A DNA stretch of 64,000 bases from an uncultured cyanobacterium (lineage in GTDB: Bacteria > Cyanobacteriota > Cyanobacteriia > Pseudanabaenales > Pseudanabaenaceae), in NCBI GenBank assembly GCA_963703315.1, contig OY969811.1, positions 1 to 64,000 of the forward strand, read 5' to 3'. The notes beneath the pieces were generated by a model. The model did no database searches, was not told where the DNA came from, and worked only from the letters and a program-made list of their open reading frames with translations. A program made the position numbers and the translations under genes. This document shows, piece by piece, positions 20,739 to 30,608 of the stretch (positions within the stretch are counted from its first letter, which is position 1; every line of letters starts with the position of its first letter).

Positions 20739-22226
20739 TTATGGCATTAGGTTCACTTGCTTAACAGTCAGGTTATAAGCACCTTTGCCCGAACGGTCAA
20801 AGGCATTGACGATCGCCTGATATGTACCTGTAAATGGCAATTCCAAAGTTATCGATGCTTTCTGGCGACTAGGTAGCCCGTTGTTTTCCTTTAAAAAACG
20901 ACTATTGGGGGCAAATAAAACCAAATAGGGATGAAAATCTGGGCTAGTAACGTCAATTTGGACGATCTGTCCTGCGCGACCATTAAAACTAAAAGCTTCA
21001 AACAAGCTGCCATCTCTCGCTAAAATTCGACTTGATGTTCCTAATACCCCATTTTTTTGCAACAAGATCTGGCGATCGCCTGTAGATGCCGCCGTAAAGT
21101 TATTGCTCAGGCGACCTAAAAGCGTAAAGGAGCCTGCTTGTCCAACCTCATAGGAATTGGCATAGAGCGTATATCGACCTGTACTCGGCAATGTGGTGCG
21201 AATCCTTGCATTTTTGCCGCCAGCACCATCATCGTCCTCAGCAATTTTGCGTCCATTAGCATCAAATAGAACTAAATACGGATCAATGCCATTACCGCGC
21301 ATTTCAATTACTACCGATTGCCCCGCTTGTCCTTGAAATTGATAGGCTTTGAAATAACTGCCATCGGGTAAGGTGTTATCGGCGGCACTGAGAGAAGCCG
21401 TAATCGCTTTACCATCAAGGGTAAAGACTGAAGGAGTCGCGATCGCAGGAGTGGCATTATTGGCGATCACCCCTTGACGGACAGCCGCAATAAATTTCTT
21501 AACAGTGTCTACTTCGATCGCCAAGCCAATGCCGCTATTAGCCGAGCTTGCTGTAAAAATTGCCGTATTTACACCGACTAATTCACCACGACTATTTAGT
21601 AAAGGTCCACCCGAATTTCCGGGATTGAGAGCCGCATCGGTTTGTAACAATTTGCGATCGCTATCAATGCGACTAATAATCCCTGTCGTCAGTGTCCCTG
21701 CAAAACGTCCAAAGGGATTGCCGATCGCAAAAGCTCTTTGCCCGACTTGAATAGCACCTGAACTGGCAATCTGAATTGTCGGTAGGTTGTCGGTTACACC
21801 CTCTAGTTTAATTACCGCCAGATCAGGATTGCGAGTACTGGCAATGACCGTACCCCGAAATTGTCGTTTATCACTGAGGATCACATTCACCGTAGTTGAC
21901 CCACGTACCACGTGAGCATTAGTCAACACTAAGCCTTTTGGATCAATAATCGAGCCGCTACCATTCCCAGTGCGCGATTGGATGGATACTACGGCAGGGC
22001 TAGCTAATTTGTAAACACGGATATTCGTATCTTCGTCTGATTGGGCAGAAACTGGGTTGCTGGAGACGAGGGGAAGGGTGGCGATCGCACTCATGCCACC
22101 GCAAAGAACAAGGCTAGATGCCACAAAGTTAACTACACCCCTTTTCATAACTTTATTCATGCCTTTTTTCACAAAACCATCCTCAAACGCAGTCTTTTTG
22201 GTCGTAACTGATAGCAATATAGACAA
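20739..22226 (-). CDS. Trypsin-like (HtrA-type) serine protease with two C-terminal PPC domains
   Basis: 'LTNAHVV', 'DLAV', 'NPGNSGGPL' triad; two 'F.GQAGQ.V.I...DPYLVLF' PPC repeats; start uncertain. Confidence 0.9.
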   Translation of the reverse strand: MSILLSVTTKKTAFEDGFVKKGMNKVMKRGVVNFVASSLVLCGGMSAIATLPLVSSNPVSAQSDEDTNIRVYKLASPAVVSIQSRTGNGSGSIIDPKGLVLTNAHVVRGSTTVNVILSDKRQFRGTVIASTRNPDLAVIKLEGVTDNLPTIQIASSGAIQVGQRAFAIGNPFGRFAGTLTTGIISRIDSDRKLLQTDAALNPGNSGGPLLNSRGELVGVNTAIFTASSANSGIGLAIEVDTVKKFIAAVRQGVIANNATPAIATPSVFTLDGKAITASLSAADNTLPDGSYFKAYQFQGQAGQSVVIEMRGNGIDPYLVLFDANGRKIAEDDDGAGGKNARIRTTLPSTGRYTLYANSYEVGQAGSFTLLGRLSNNFTAASTGDRQILLQKNGVLGTSSRILARDGSLFEAFSFNGRAGQIVQIDVTSPDFHPYLVLFAPNSRFLKENNGLPSRQKASITLELPFTGTYQAIVNAFDRSGKGAYNLTVKQVNLMP

Positions 22227-22303
22227 GAAGCTAAAGCCCCTTGTTTCCAGTTTCTCTAGAATTAGAATTTAACTAAAGTTACTTACTTCATTATCGCTAT
22301 TTT

Positions 22304-22579
22304 TATAGCGATCGCCAAACCCCAGAAGATGAGTTGCGCCGCAACTCATCTTCTGGGGTTATGTCCTTGTGCAAATTGTGATACAGCGCTTTGCTCTGAC
22401 TTGAAACCCAGAGAAATTTTTGAAAGCGCGGCTTCGCCGCGCTTTCAAAAATTTCTCTGTACTACTTTAAGGCTGTAAGTAGCTGGGCATAATTAAAAAC
22501 CAAAACCAAAACCTGTGGCGCACGCTGCGCGTGCGCCACAGGTTTTAGGGTTTTATATTTGATTGCGCCTAGCTACTTA
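22304..22579. mobile_element. Tandem stack of three MITE-like elements: family A (22304-22383), C (22382-22477), B (22476-22579)
   Basis: TATAG.., TACAG..CTGTA and TAAGTAGCT..AGCTACTTA ends abut, sharing TA dinucleotides. Confidence 0.75.
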
Positions 22580-22580
22580 G

Positions 22581-23552
22581 CTACATGGGAATAAATCCTA
22601 TCTTCTGAACAATTTGCTGTCCTTGTGGTGAAAGTGCAAACTCAATAAACTGCTTTGCCGCAGGACTAGTAGACTTTTTTGCACCCAAAAATAGACTGCG
22701 ACTGATAGGGTATTTACCAGATTTCACCGAGGCGATGTCTGTCGGACTAATTCCATCAATAGGGATAATTCGGACTATTTCCTGCTTTTCTAACTGTGAG
22801 ACTGTGGCGTAACCGATGCCGTTATCGCCTAAATTTTGTAAAATTGCCGTTGTTTCATCTTGTTTCCATGTGATGAAGTTAGGGCTATCAGGTGGAAAAT
22901 TTTGACCGAGTAAAACAATATCTTGAAAAGCTTCTCTCGTACCACTGGAGAGCGCCCGATTGATCACTTTAATTGGTTGGTTAGTCCCCCCAACCTGCGA
23001 CCAATTCGTGATCTTGCCCAAGTAAATATCGCGGACTTGATCCTTAGTTAAGTTCCCTTTAAATGGATTATTAATGCCAACTACGATGCCGATCGCATCT
23101 TTGGCGATTGGGACTAACTGGATACCTGCTTGGGCTTCAGCAGCTTTGAGAGGTCGTGAAGTTGCGGCGATCGCGATCGACCCACTAATGAGATTTTGTA
23201 AACCTTGACTAGAACCAGTTGGTTTGCCATCGGGTACACCAAATGTAGTCGGAATATTGGGATTAGCTTGGCTATAACCATTACGCAGTTCCTTAATCAG
23301 TGCCACCATCGTGGTGCTACCATCAATTCCTAAAACATTCGGATTGGGTAAGGATGTATCAAAAGCCAAGCTAGTTGACAAGGGAGTACTAGTTGCATTT
23401 ACTGAAGTTGTGGGTTGGATTGTAGCTTCAGGTGTTACAGAAGAAGTTGGAGTTTTTCCATTTTGCGAAAAAAACCAGTAGCCACCACCTGCTAGTCCTG
23501 CTGTAACTAGTAATGACAGCACTAACACTGTAGTTTCTTTGCCCTGTGACAT
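22581..23552 (-). CDS. PstS-like phosphate ABC substrate-binding protein
   Basis: 'IDGSTTM', 'GSSQG', 'ATSRPLK', 'SGTREAF', 'YPISRSLF'. Confidence 0.85.
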   Translation of the reverse strand: MSQGKETTVLVLSLLVTAGLAGGGYWFFSQNGKTPTSSVTPEATIQPTTSVNATSTPLSTSLAFDTSLPNPNVLGIDGSTTMVALIKELRNGYSQANPNIPTTFGVPDGKPTGSSQGLQNLISGSIAIAATSRPLKAAEAQAGIQLVPIAKDAIGIVVGINNPFKGNLTKDQVRDIYLGKITNWSQVGGTNQPIKVINRALSSGTREAFQDIVLLGQNFPPDSPNFITWKQDETTAILQNLGDNGIGYATVSQLEKQEIVRIIPIDGISPTDIASVKSGKYPISRSLFLGAKKSTSPAAKQFIEFALSPQGQQIVQKIGFIPM

Positions 23553-23617
23553 ATTTCTAAATACCTAAAATATCTGGCATCACTTTAGCAAGTTTAGAGT
23601 AACGGCGCGAAGCGCCG

Positions 23618-24430
23618 CTACTCTAAATAAGAACACCAATCGCTCCAACTCCCCGCATACAGCTTGCCCGTCTCAAGTCCTGCAAGTTTCAGCGATAGCA
23701 AATTCACACAAGCCGTTACCCCTGAACCACAATAAACAATCACTTCTTCAGCATTCTGCACTGATTGCCAGCGATCGCCTTGATTGGCAATTACATAACC
23801 TTGCTCATTGGTAACTTCCATCCAAGGATAATTCACTGCCCCATCGATATGCCCAGCAACGGGATCGATCGGTTCGCGTTCACCCCGATAGCGATCGCCT
23901 TCTCGCGAATCCACTAAAACTACATTCGGTAAATCTTTCCGTGCTTTTACTGTCTCAATATCCACCACCCACTCAGTTTGTAATTTGGGGCTGAACTTGC
24001 CATTCTTATGCTGAGGGATTACAGGACTAATTGCATAATTATGAGCTTGCCATCCTGCAAACCCACCATCTAGCAATGCCACTTGCTCATGTCCCATATA
24101 TCGCAATAACCACCACAGCCTTGAAGCAAAAGCAAAGCGTGAGTCATCGTAAACCACTACCATCGTTTCGCTTGTTATGCCTAGGTGCGAAAGCTTCGTG
24201 GCTAGTTGATCAATATCGGGTAAAGGATGTCGTCCGCCATGCCTCTGGACAGGACTCGACAAATCCACATTGAGATCAAGATAATAAGCGCCCTCAATGT
24301 GACTCTCTTGATATTGCTTACGTCCCAGATCCTTATCTGCCAATGAAAATCGACAATCAACTACGACCACTTGAGGATCATGGAGATGCTGATGGAGCCA
24401 TTCAGATGAAACGATATGAGGATTATGCAT
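23618..24430 (-). CDS. sseA: Two-domain rhodanese / 3-mercaptopyruvate sulfurtransferase
   Basis: 'GRHPLP', 'YCGSGVTAC', 'LYAGSWSDW'. Confidence 0.9.
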   Translation of the reverse strand: MHNPHIVSSEWLHQHLHDPQVVVVDCRFSLADKDLGRKQYQESHIEGAYYLDLNVDLSSPVQRHGGRHPLPDIDQLATKLSHLGITSETMVVVYDDSRFAFASRLWWLLRYMGHEQVALLDGGFAGWQAHNYAISPVIPQHKNGKFSPKLQTEWVVDIETVKARKDLPNVVLVDSREGDRYRGEREPIDPVAGHIDGAVNYPWMEVTNEQGYVIANQGDRWQSVQNAEEVIVYCGSGVTACVNLLSLKLAGLETGKLYAGSWSDWCSYLE

Positions 24431-24450
24431 AGTTTATTTTATGGGGTAGG

Positions 24451-24470
24451 CAAGGGGCTTAAGCCCCTTG
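24451..24470. repeat. Perfect 20-bp palindrome CAAGGGGCTTAAGCCCCTTG (second copy 31971-31990)
   Basis: Identical copies in two intergenic spacers. Confidence 0.85.
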
Positions 24471-24481
24471 TTGATAAATTT

Positions 24482-25459
24482 CTAATTTTCTGGTTTGAGA
24501 TCGCGTTCCATTAGTCCCTCAACTGCCTGCTGTAAATTAATTTCACCCTTGAGCAGGCGATAAACATAGCGTGACACAGGCACACTAATTTTTTCGCGAT
24601 CGCTGATTTCGATCAATACATTAGCGGTGTTTACGCCCTCAGCCGTACCACTGACACTCGCGATCGCCTCTTCCAGACTTTTTCCCTGCGCGATCGCATA
24701 GCCCACTTGATAATTGCGACTGAGATTACTATTACAAGTTGCGAGTAAATCGCCTAACCCTGATAAGCCCCAAAAAGTTTCAGGTTGCGCTCCAAAATAG
24801 ACACCTACACGAATAATTTCAATCAGCGATCGCGTAATTAATGCCGACTTCGCATTTGTCCCCAAATTTAAGCCGTCACAAGCACCTACCGCGATCGCAA
24901 TTACATTTTTGAGTGTGCCACCTAGTTCCACCCCAATCGGATCAGAATTGGTATAAACCCTAAAATTTCTTGATGCAAAAATATTTTGAATAAATTGAGC
25001 CGCCGCTTCATCATTACTCGCCACCACTGTCGCCGCAGGTTGCCCCGCCATAATCTCTTTAGACAGATTCGGTCCTGATAAAACTACAAGTGGATGGTCA
25101 GGAAGCAGCGATCGCCAAATTTGGGATGGAGTCTGCCGCGTCGAAGGTTCGAGTCCTTTGGTTGCACTAACTAAAACTGCATGGGACATGAGATCTGCTT
25201 TATGTAATTGCTCAGCGATCGACCGCACTCCCTTTATGGATACGGCGGAAATGATCGCATCACTATTCTTGACAGTTTCCGCTAATGGAATTTGACTTTG
25301 GCGTGACCAGACTTGGATATGGTGATTATTTGTCTTAACTAGACTGGCTAGAGCCGATCCCCATGCACCAGAGCCAATGATTGTGACATTTTTGATATCT
25401 GATTTGATATCTAGTTGTGGATCTGAGTTTAGGTCTGAAGAATTAGTTGGTTGGGGCAT
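24482..25459 (-). CDS. gpsA: NAD(P)H-dependent glycerol-3-phosphate dehydrogenase
   Basis: 'IIGSGAWG', 'ATKGLE', 'LSGPN', 'LKNVIAIA', 'GLGDLLATC..SRN'. Confidence 0.95.
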   Translation of the reverse strand: MPQPTNSSDLNSDPQLDIKSDIKNVTIIGSGAWGSALASLVKTNNHHIQVWSRQSQIPLAETVKNSDAIISAVSIKGVRSIAEQLHKADLMSHAVLVSATKGLEPSTRQTPSQIWRSLLPDHPLVVLSGPNLSKEIMAGQPAATVVASNDEAAAQFIQNIFASRNFRVYTNSDPIGVELGGTLKNVIAIAVGACDGLNLGTNAKSALITRSLIEIIRVGVYFGAQPETFWGLSGLGDLLATCNSNLSRNYQVGYAIAQGKSLEEAIASVSGTAEGVNTANVLIEISDREKISVPVSRYVYRLLKGEINLQQAVEGLMERDLKPEN

Positions 25460-25510
25460 TCGGGCAGATTAGAGACAAAAATATCTAGGCAGATTCAGGA
25501 ACTTGAATTA

Positions 25511-25599
25511 TATAGCGATCGCTAAGACAAATCAAAACCCAGATGAAAGTGGCGCTTCGCGCCGCTTTCATTTATCGTCCTAATCTCGACGGTGATATA
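25511..25599. mobile_element. Degenerate family A MITE-like element
   Basis: TATAG start, AAAACCCA, hairpin with GCTTCGC loop, GTCCTAA, TATA end. Confidence 0.55.
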
Positions 25600-25733
25600 A
25601 TAACCAGCACAAGCCCTGAAGCTGCAAAACCCTTGCGAGTTAGATCTTGATAGGCTTTAATTGTCAATATAACATCAAGAGTTTTGATTGATGAGGGGTA
25701 CTTTCGCTCATTCCTTGAGGAAGGCTGGCAACA

Positions 25734-26231
25734 ATGATCGAAATGAAGGTGGCTGGTATCGCTATTGATGCTGTCAGCCGTAATCCTATCGTCCTACTGC
25801 GAGATACTTTAGAACGGAGAGCGTTACCGATCTGGATCGGTGAAGCAGAAGCCAAAGCAATCATCAGTGCTTTAGATGGTAGACCGCTAGAGCGACCCAT
25901 GACTCACGATCTCATGCTAAATTTTCTAGATGCATGGGGTGTAACTGTGGAACGGATCGTCATCCACGCACTCAAGAGCAGTACTTTCTATGCTGTGATC
26001 ACGGTTTCGCAAGGGGATATTAAAAAAGAGGTCGATTCTCGTCCTAGTGATGCGATCGCGATCGCCGTACGTGCAAAGTGTCCTATTTGGGTAATGGAGG
26101 AAGTCATTTTAGAAGCATCAATTCCTGTAGATCAAGATGCAGACGAAGCAGAAAGAAGAGCATTTCGTGATTTTCTCTCAAAGCTCACACCTGATGAACT
26201 AGTCAAAAAAAGCGGTCTTGAAAGTAATTAG
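25734..26231 (+). CDS. Bifunctional nuclease family (DUF151) protein
   Basis: 'LPIWIGEAEA', 'RPMTHDL', 'DSRPSDAIAIA'. Confidence 0.92.
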   Translation: MIEMKVAGIAIDAVSRNPIVLLRDTLERRALPIWIGEAEAKAIISALDGRPLERPMTHDLMLNFLDAWGVTVERIVIHALKSSTFYAVITVSQGDIKKEVDSRPSDAIAIAVRAKCPIWVMEEVILEASIPVDQDADEAERRAFRDFLSKLTPDELVKKSGLESN

Positions 26232-26237
26232 GAGTGC

Positions 26238-26286
26238 TTAAACTAATTCAATTGATCAATTAAACTAATTCAATTGATCAATTAAA
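26238..26286. repeat. 22-bp tandem duplication
   Basis: TTAAACTAATTCAATTGATCAA x2 plus TTAAA. Confidence 0.9.
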
Positions 26287-26287
26287 T

Positions 26288-27382
26288 TTATTGATTATTT
26301 CTACTAGCTGAAATTCCAATCAAGCCGCGCAACCCCGCACCATTAATATCGACATTGCTAGGTTGATTAGCACTAAAAGTTCTTTCGGTAACCTCTCCTT
26401 CTCTACCAAGCACCTTAATAGGCTGATTGTTATAACTTAAAGCTACTGAAGAAGCATTGCCGACTCGAATCGAAACTTGGCGATCGCCAGACCAAGCTAG
26501 TTTTTTGCCTTCATCTAGCACACCTTCAAACTCAGTCTGTCCATCGACGGTAATTCGTAACCAAGATTGACCTGTCATCACAACGCCAACATTAACGGGC
26601 TTATTACCAACAAAGTTAAAATCACCATTGGTAGCGATCGCCGAGCTATTAGCAACCCCATCACTTTGGAAAGCAGCACCGATTGCTAAAGCATTGAAAG
26701 TACTGTTGAAGCTAGAGTTTGCACCATTAGTTTCCGATTGGGGCTTCACACCAAGAGTATCTGGGGTGATGCTCTTATTTTGCGGAGTTGTTGGGAGGTT
26801 ATTGCCAGAAATATTAGGAACTGCTGCCATCGCCAATGGATCAACAACTGATTGCTTTAAAGCTTCTAATCCACCAACTTTAGGTAGCAGCAAATCAGTC
26901 AGTTCTGATGCTTTGTTAGATTTTGCCGACTTTATCTGAGCTGCATCTCCAAAATTAGTTTGGCTATCGTTAATTTTGGTAGCATCAGGCGCATTGAGAA
27001 ATGTAGCCAATAGGCTGACTGCCCCCGCAATCACTCCCACGTAAAGGGCGTATAAATGCAAAGGACGTAGTTCCGCAGCAGGACTACCGATCCACTTTTG
27101 TTCAGGTAATACAGGATTTAGAGGAAAATCTTCCGAAAGATCACCAACTCCTAAAGCCGTGCCGTACTTACGGATGAATCCACGCACATATACAGGCTCA
27201 GGTAGTGACTCGATCTCACCATCTTCAATCGCCCGCAAATAGCGCTCAGAAATTAATGTTGTTGCAGTTAGATGAGGAATCGATAGCTCTTTATCTTCTC
27301 GAACTCGCTTAAATTGCGCTCCGATTTCTGCTAATTTCTCTGCTTGCTTCGAGGTTGTAATATTCACAATACTCACAGACAT
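26288..27382 (-). CDS. rodZ: RodZ-like HTH / DUF4115 membrane protein
   Basis: 'YLRAIEDG...LPEPVYVRGFIRKYG', one TM helix, 'SWLRITVDG..IRVGNA'. Confidence 0.85.
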   Translation of the reverse strand: MSVSIVNITTSKQAEKLAEIGAQFKRVREDKELSIPHLTATTLISERYLRAIEDGEIESLPEPVYVRGFIRKYGTALGVGDLSEDFPLNPVLPEQKWIGSPAAELRPLHLYALYVGVIAGAVSLLATFLNAPDATKINDSQTNFGDAAQIKSAKSNKASELTDLLLPKVGGLEALKQSVVDPLAMAAVPNISGNNLPTTPQNKSITPDTLGVKPQSETNGANSSFNSTFNALAIGAAFQSDGVANSSAIATNGDFNFVGNKPVNVGVVMTGQSWLRITVDGQTEFEGVLDEGKKLAWSGDRQVSIRVGNASSVALSYNNQPIKVLGREGEVTERTFSANQPSNVDINGAGLRGLIGISASRNNQ

Positions 27383-27565
27383 ATAGGAAGAGATTGGACT
27401 GACTGACTCAAGCTGGCTTGCAGTCGAACTTGGACAACCACAAGTTCTATGTAGAGCGTTGGTGATGGGTTAAGGTAACTGAGGTAAGGTTACTTAACAT
27501 GAACTAATATAACATTCTGCAAAGTTTTCACTGCAACTTAACAACTAATAATTATTCTATAGCCC

Positions 27566-27640
27566 TACAACGCTTTGCGCTGAATAAAAAACCAGATAAA
27601 TTCGTGAAAGCGCCGCTTCGCGGCGCTTTCACGAATTTAT
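27566..27640. mobile_element. Family C MITE-like element (right end missing)
   Basis: TACAACGCTTTGCGCTG start, 21-bp stem with GC-TTC-GC loop. Confidence 0.6.
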
Positions 27641-27643
27641 GCG

Positions 27644-28417
27644 TTACGTTGCACTTTTGATTTCATTTGCTTTTAATAGCCGATAGGTTCCTGATTTGAG
27701 GGGGAATAGCAAAATTGAGCCGATCGCGACTCGGTGTAAAGCTAACACAGGATGTCCTAACTGCTCTGCCACTCTACGAATTTGCCGATTGCGCCCTTCT
27801 GACAAAATAATTTGTAACTGCGATCGCGGAACTTTGTGGAGATTCTGATTTTGGGGCTTTTGAATAGAAGATATAACTTTAGGAATAGATGGATCGATTA
27901 CTTGCAGAATATTTACGGAAGCGGGCAGGGTCTGTTTACCATCTAAGACAATTCCCTCTCTCCATTGCTGAATAGTTCGTTGACTAGGAATTCCCTTCAC
28001 CCAAACTTCATAGGTTTTGGGAATATGATGACGCGGGTGCATCAGGCGATTGGCAAAGTCTCCATCATTGGTCAGGAGCAATGCACCACTACTGTTGTAG
28101 TCCAGCCGTCCCACAGGATAAAGATGTTGGTATTGGGATGGCAATAAATCAAGAATGGTTTTGCGTCCTTGGGGATCATCACAGGTACTAACTACACCTG
28201 TGGGTTTGTGGAGTAATAAATAGACAAATTCTGGCGCGTTGATCTGTAATAACTTGCCATCAACTTCAATGCGATCGCTTTCGGGATCAGCTTTGGTTCC
28301 TAATTCAGTGATTTTTTGACCATTGACTGCCAATCGTCCTGCCAAAATGATCTGCTCGGCTTCTCGGCGGGAGGCAATTCCATGTCTAGATAGGATTTTT
28401 TGGAGGCGATCGAGCAT
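27644..28417 (-). CDS. RsuA/RluB-family pseudouridine synthase
   Basis: S4 domain 'RLQKILS..GIASRREAE', 'GRLD' catalytic motif, 'EGRNRQIRR'. Confidence 0.92.
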   Translation of the reverse strand: MLDRLQKILSRHGIASRREAEQIILAGRLAVNGQKITELGTKADPESDRIEVDGKLLQINAPEFVYLLLHKPTGVVSTCDDPQGRKTILDLLPSQYQHLYPVGRLDYNSSGALLLTNDGDFANRLMHPRHHIPKTYEVWVKGIPSQRTIQQWREGIVLDGKQTLPASVNILQVIDPSIPKVISSIQKPQNQNLHKVPRSQLQIILSEGRNRQIRRVAEQLGHPVLALHRVAIGSILLFPLKSGTYRLLKANEIKSAT

Positions 28418-28484
28418 ACGGAAATCGTAGTTGGGTTCAGGTATAACAATCTTAATAAATTTCTTTGTCCCTCACGTGATCAAC

Positions 28485-28588
28485 TAAGTAGCTGGGCATA
28501 ATTAAAAACCAGAGCCAAAACCTGTGGCGCACGCTGCGCGTGCGCCACAGGTTTTGGAGTTTTATATTTAATTGCGCTCAGCTACTTA
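28485..28588. mobile_element. MITE-like element, family B (complete, 104 bp)
   Basis: TAAGTAGCTGGGC...GCTCAGCTACTTA terminal inverted repeats; same length as the 22476 copy. Confidence 0.8.
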
Positions 28589-28623
28589 AGTCGTTGATTT
28601 CATCAGCAAAGATGCAAGTCATT

Positions 28624-28638
28624 ATGCAGTTAATGCAT
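28624..28638 (+). promoter_or_regulatory. NtcB (LysR-type) binding motif ATGC-N7-GCAT
   Basis: ATGCAGTTAATGCAT upstream of the NtcA box, as in cyanobacterial nirA promoters. Confidence 0.75.
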
Positions 28639-28675
28639 TAAATCGTTGCGATTATTAAATAAATATTAAAAATAT

Positions 28676-28717
28676 GTAGCTACTTATACGAATCGAGATC
28701 AAAACGTTAAGTAGTGT
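28676..28717 (+). promoter_or_regulatory. NtcA-activated promoter of the nir operon
   Basis: GTA-gctactta-TAC (28676-28689), 22 nt spacer, TAGTGT -10 box (28712-28717): exact GTAN8TAC-N22-TAN3T. Confidence 0.9.
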
Positions 28718-28826
28718 AAAGGTCATACAAAGTTGCAATCGCGCTTAAGAACTAGAAATTTGAGATTTTGCTTGATTGGCGATCGCTAAATCTAGAAACC
28801 ATAAGCATGAGCCAAGGATAAACGAC

Positions 28827-30533
28827 ATGGCAAACAAAATTGAAGCCCTCAAAGCGGAGAAAGACGGTCTGGCAGTCAAAGCGGAAATAGCTCGCTTTGC
28901 CGAGATTGGTTGGGAAGCGATCGAAGATGACGATCTCCAACATCGCTTGAAATGGCTAGGCGTATTCTTTCGCAAAAGCACTCCTGGACGGTTCATGGTC
29001 AGGATGCGAATTCCCAACGGACTGCTGAGCAGCGATCAGATGCGTGTACTTGCTTCCGTAGTTGAGAAGTGCGGTGAACATGGTGTTGCCGATATTACTA
29101 CTCGTCAGAATATTCAAATGCGCGGTATTCGCATCGAAGATGTACCTGAAATGTTCGAGAAGTTTCGCTCCGTTGGACTAACCAGTGTCCAGTCAGCGAT
29201 GGACAATATTCGCAATATTACAGGTTCGCCTGTGGCGGGGATCGATGCCAATGAGCTTTATGACACTCGCGAATTAGCGATTCAAGTTCAGAATTTATTG
29301 ACTAATAATGGTGAAGGAAATTCGGCTTTTACCAATTTGCCTCGGAAGTTCAACATTGCGATCGCAGGTTGTCGTGATAATTCCACCCATGCCGAAATCA
29401 ACGATTTAGCCTTTGTCCCCGCCTTTAAAGAAGTATCTAGCTCTGCAAATACAGCCTCTCAGCCATCTTCTCAAGACTCTGATTGGCAAAGTCAGCCATC
29501 AGGATTTTGGCATATTTACAATCAGGAGCGTCAAGATTCTGCATCTCAAACAGAGGCGATCGCCTCTGAATCTACACCTACCTCTGCACCTCAATTTGGG
29601 TTTAACGTTCTCGTTGGTGGATTTTTCTCCGCCAAGCGGATTGCTGCTGCCGTCCCTCTAAATGTATGGGTTGCCCCTGAAGATGTCGTTGCCCTCTGTG
29701 AAGCCGTATTACTAGTATTTCGTGACAATGGGTTACGCGAAAAGCGCGACAAATCTCGTTTAATGTTTTTAATTGACGAATGGGGAATTGAGAAATTCCG
29801 TGCTGAAGTTGAAAAACAACTCGGTAAAGCGCTCGCTCCCGCCGCTCTCAAAGATGAGATCGAATGGGAAAAGCGGGATCACATCGGGGTGCATCCCCAA
29901 CAGCAAGCAGGATTGAGCTACGTCGGACTCCAAGTTCCTGTCGGTCGGATGTATGCTCCTGATATGTATGAGTTTGCGCGTCTTGCCGAAACCTATGGCA
30001 ATGGCGATATGCGTCTCACCGTAGAGCAGAATCTGCTGATTACCAATGTCAGTGACGAGAAATTACCAGCGCTTCTGCAAGAACCGCTACTTCAGAAGTT
30101 TCCCGTCAATCCTGACAACCTCATGCGGGGACTGGTTTCCTGCACAGGTAATCAATTCTGTCCTGTGGCGATCATCGAAACTAAAAATCGCTCTCTTGCC
30201 TTAACCAAGCAACTTAGCGAAGATTACCACCTTCCCAAAGTCGTTCGCATTCATTGGAGTGGTTGCCCGAATTCTTGCGCTCAGCCACAGGTTGCCGATA
30301 TTGGCTTCACAGGTTGCAAAGCGCGGAAAGAAGGCAAGGTTGTTGATGGTGTTGACATCTATATGGGTGGCACTGTCGGCAAAGATGCCCATCTCGGTAA
30401 ATGCGTGATGGAAAAAATTCCCTGCGAGGATTTGCGTGAAGTTGTCGGCAAGCTTTTAGTCGAACACTTTGGCGCAATTCCTAAACAACAGGCGATCGCT
30501 GAACCTTCAGCCGAACTAATCGCCGTTGGTTAA
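28827..30533 (+). CDS. nirA: Ferredoxin-nitrite reductase
   Basis: 'ITTRQNIQ', 'LPRKFNIA', 'SCTGNQFC', 'GCPNSCAQ' siroheme/4Fe-4S ligands; ATG 28827 with AAGGA RBS. Confidence 0.96.
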   Translation: MANKIEALKAEKDGLAVKAEIARFAEIGWEAIEDDDLQHRLKWLGVFFRKSTPGRFMVRMRIPNGLLSSDQMRVLASVVEKCGEHGVADITTRQNIQMRGIRIEDVPEMFEKFRSVGLTSVQSAMDNIRNITGSPVAGIDANELYDTRELAIQVQNLLTNNGEGNSAFTNLPRKFNIAIAGCRDNSTHAEINDLAFVPAFKEVSSSANTASQPSSQDSDWQSQPSGFWHIYNQERQDSASQTEAIASESTPTSAPQFGFNVLVGGFFSAKRIAAAVPLNVWVAPEDVVALCEAVLLVFRDNGLREKRDKSRLMFLIDEWGIEKFRAEVEKQLGKALAPAALKDEIEWEKRDHIGVHPQQQAGLSYVGLQVPVGRMYAPDMYEFARLAETYGNGDMRLTVEQNLLITNVSDEKLPALLQEPLLQKFPVNPDNLMRGLVSCTGNQFCPVAIIETKNRSLALTKQLSEDYHLPKVVRIHWSGCPNSCAQPQVADIGFTGCKARKEGKVVDGVDIYMGGTVGKDAHLGKCVMEKIPCEDLREVVGKLLVEHFGAIPKQQAIAEPSAELIAVG

Positions 30534-30608
30534 GCCCTCACCCCCTCTCCCATAGGAGAGTGGAACAAAAAAATTCAGTTATCACAGTTAAGGAAATCAA
30601 GAAAATTC

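Noticed and set aside
28776..28826. TTG start for nirA
   Set aside because: ATG 28827 has an AAGGA RBS and begins the conserved NKIE motif
29430..29594. Intein or intron in nirA
   Set aside because: Too short, in frame, and lacks C/S...HN intein ends or intron structure
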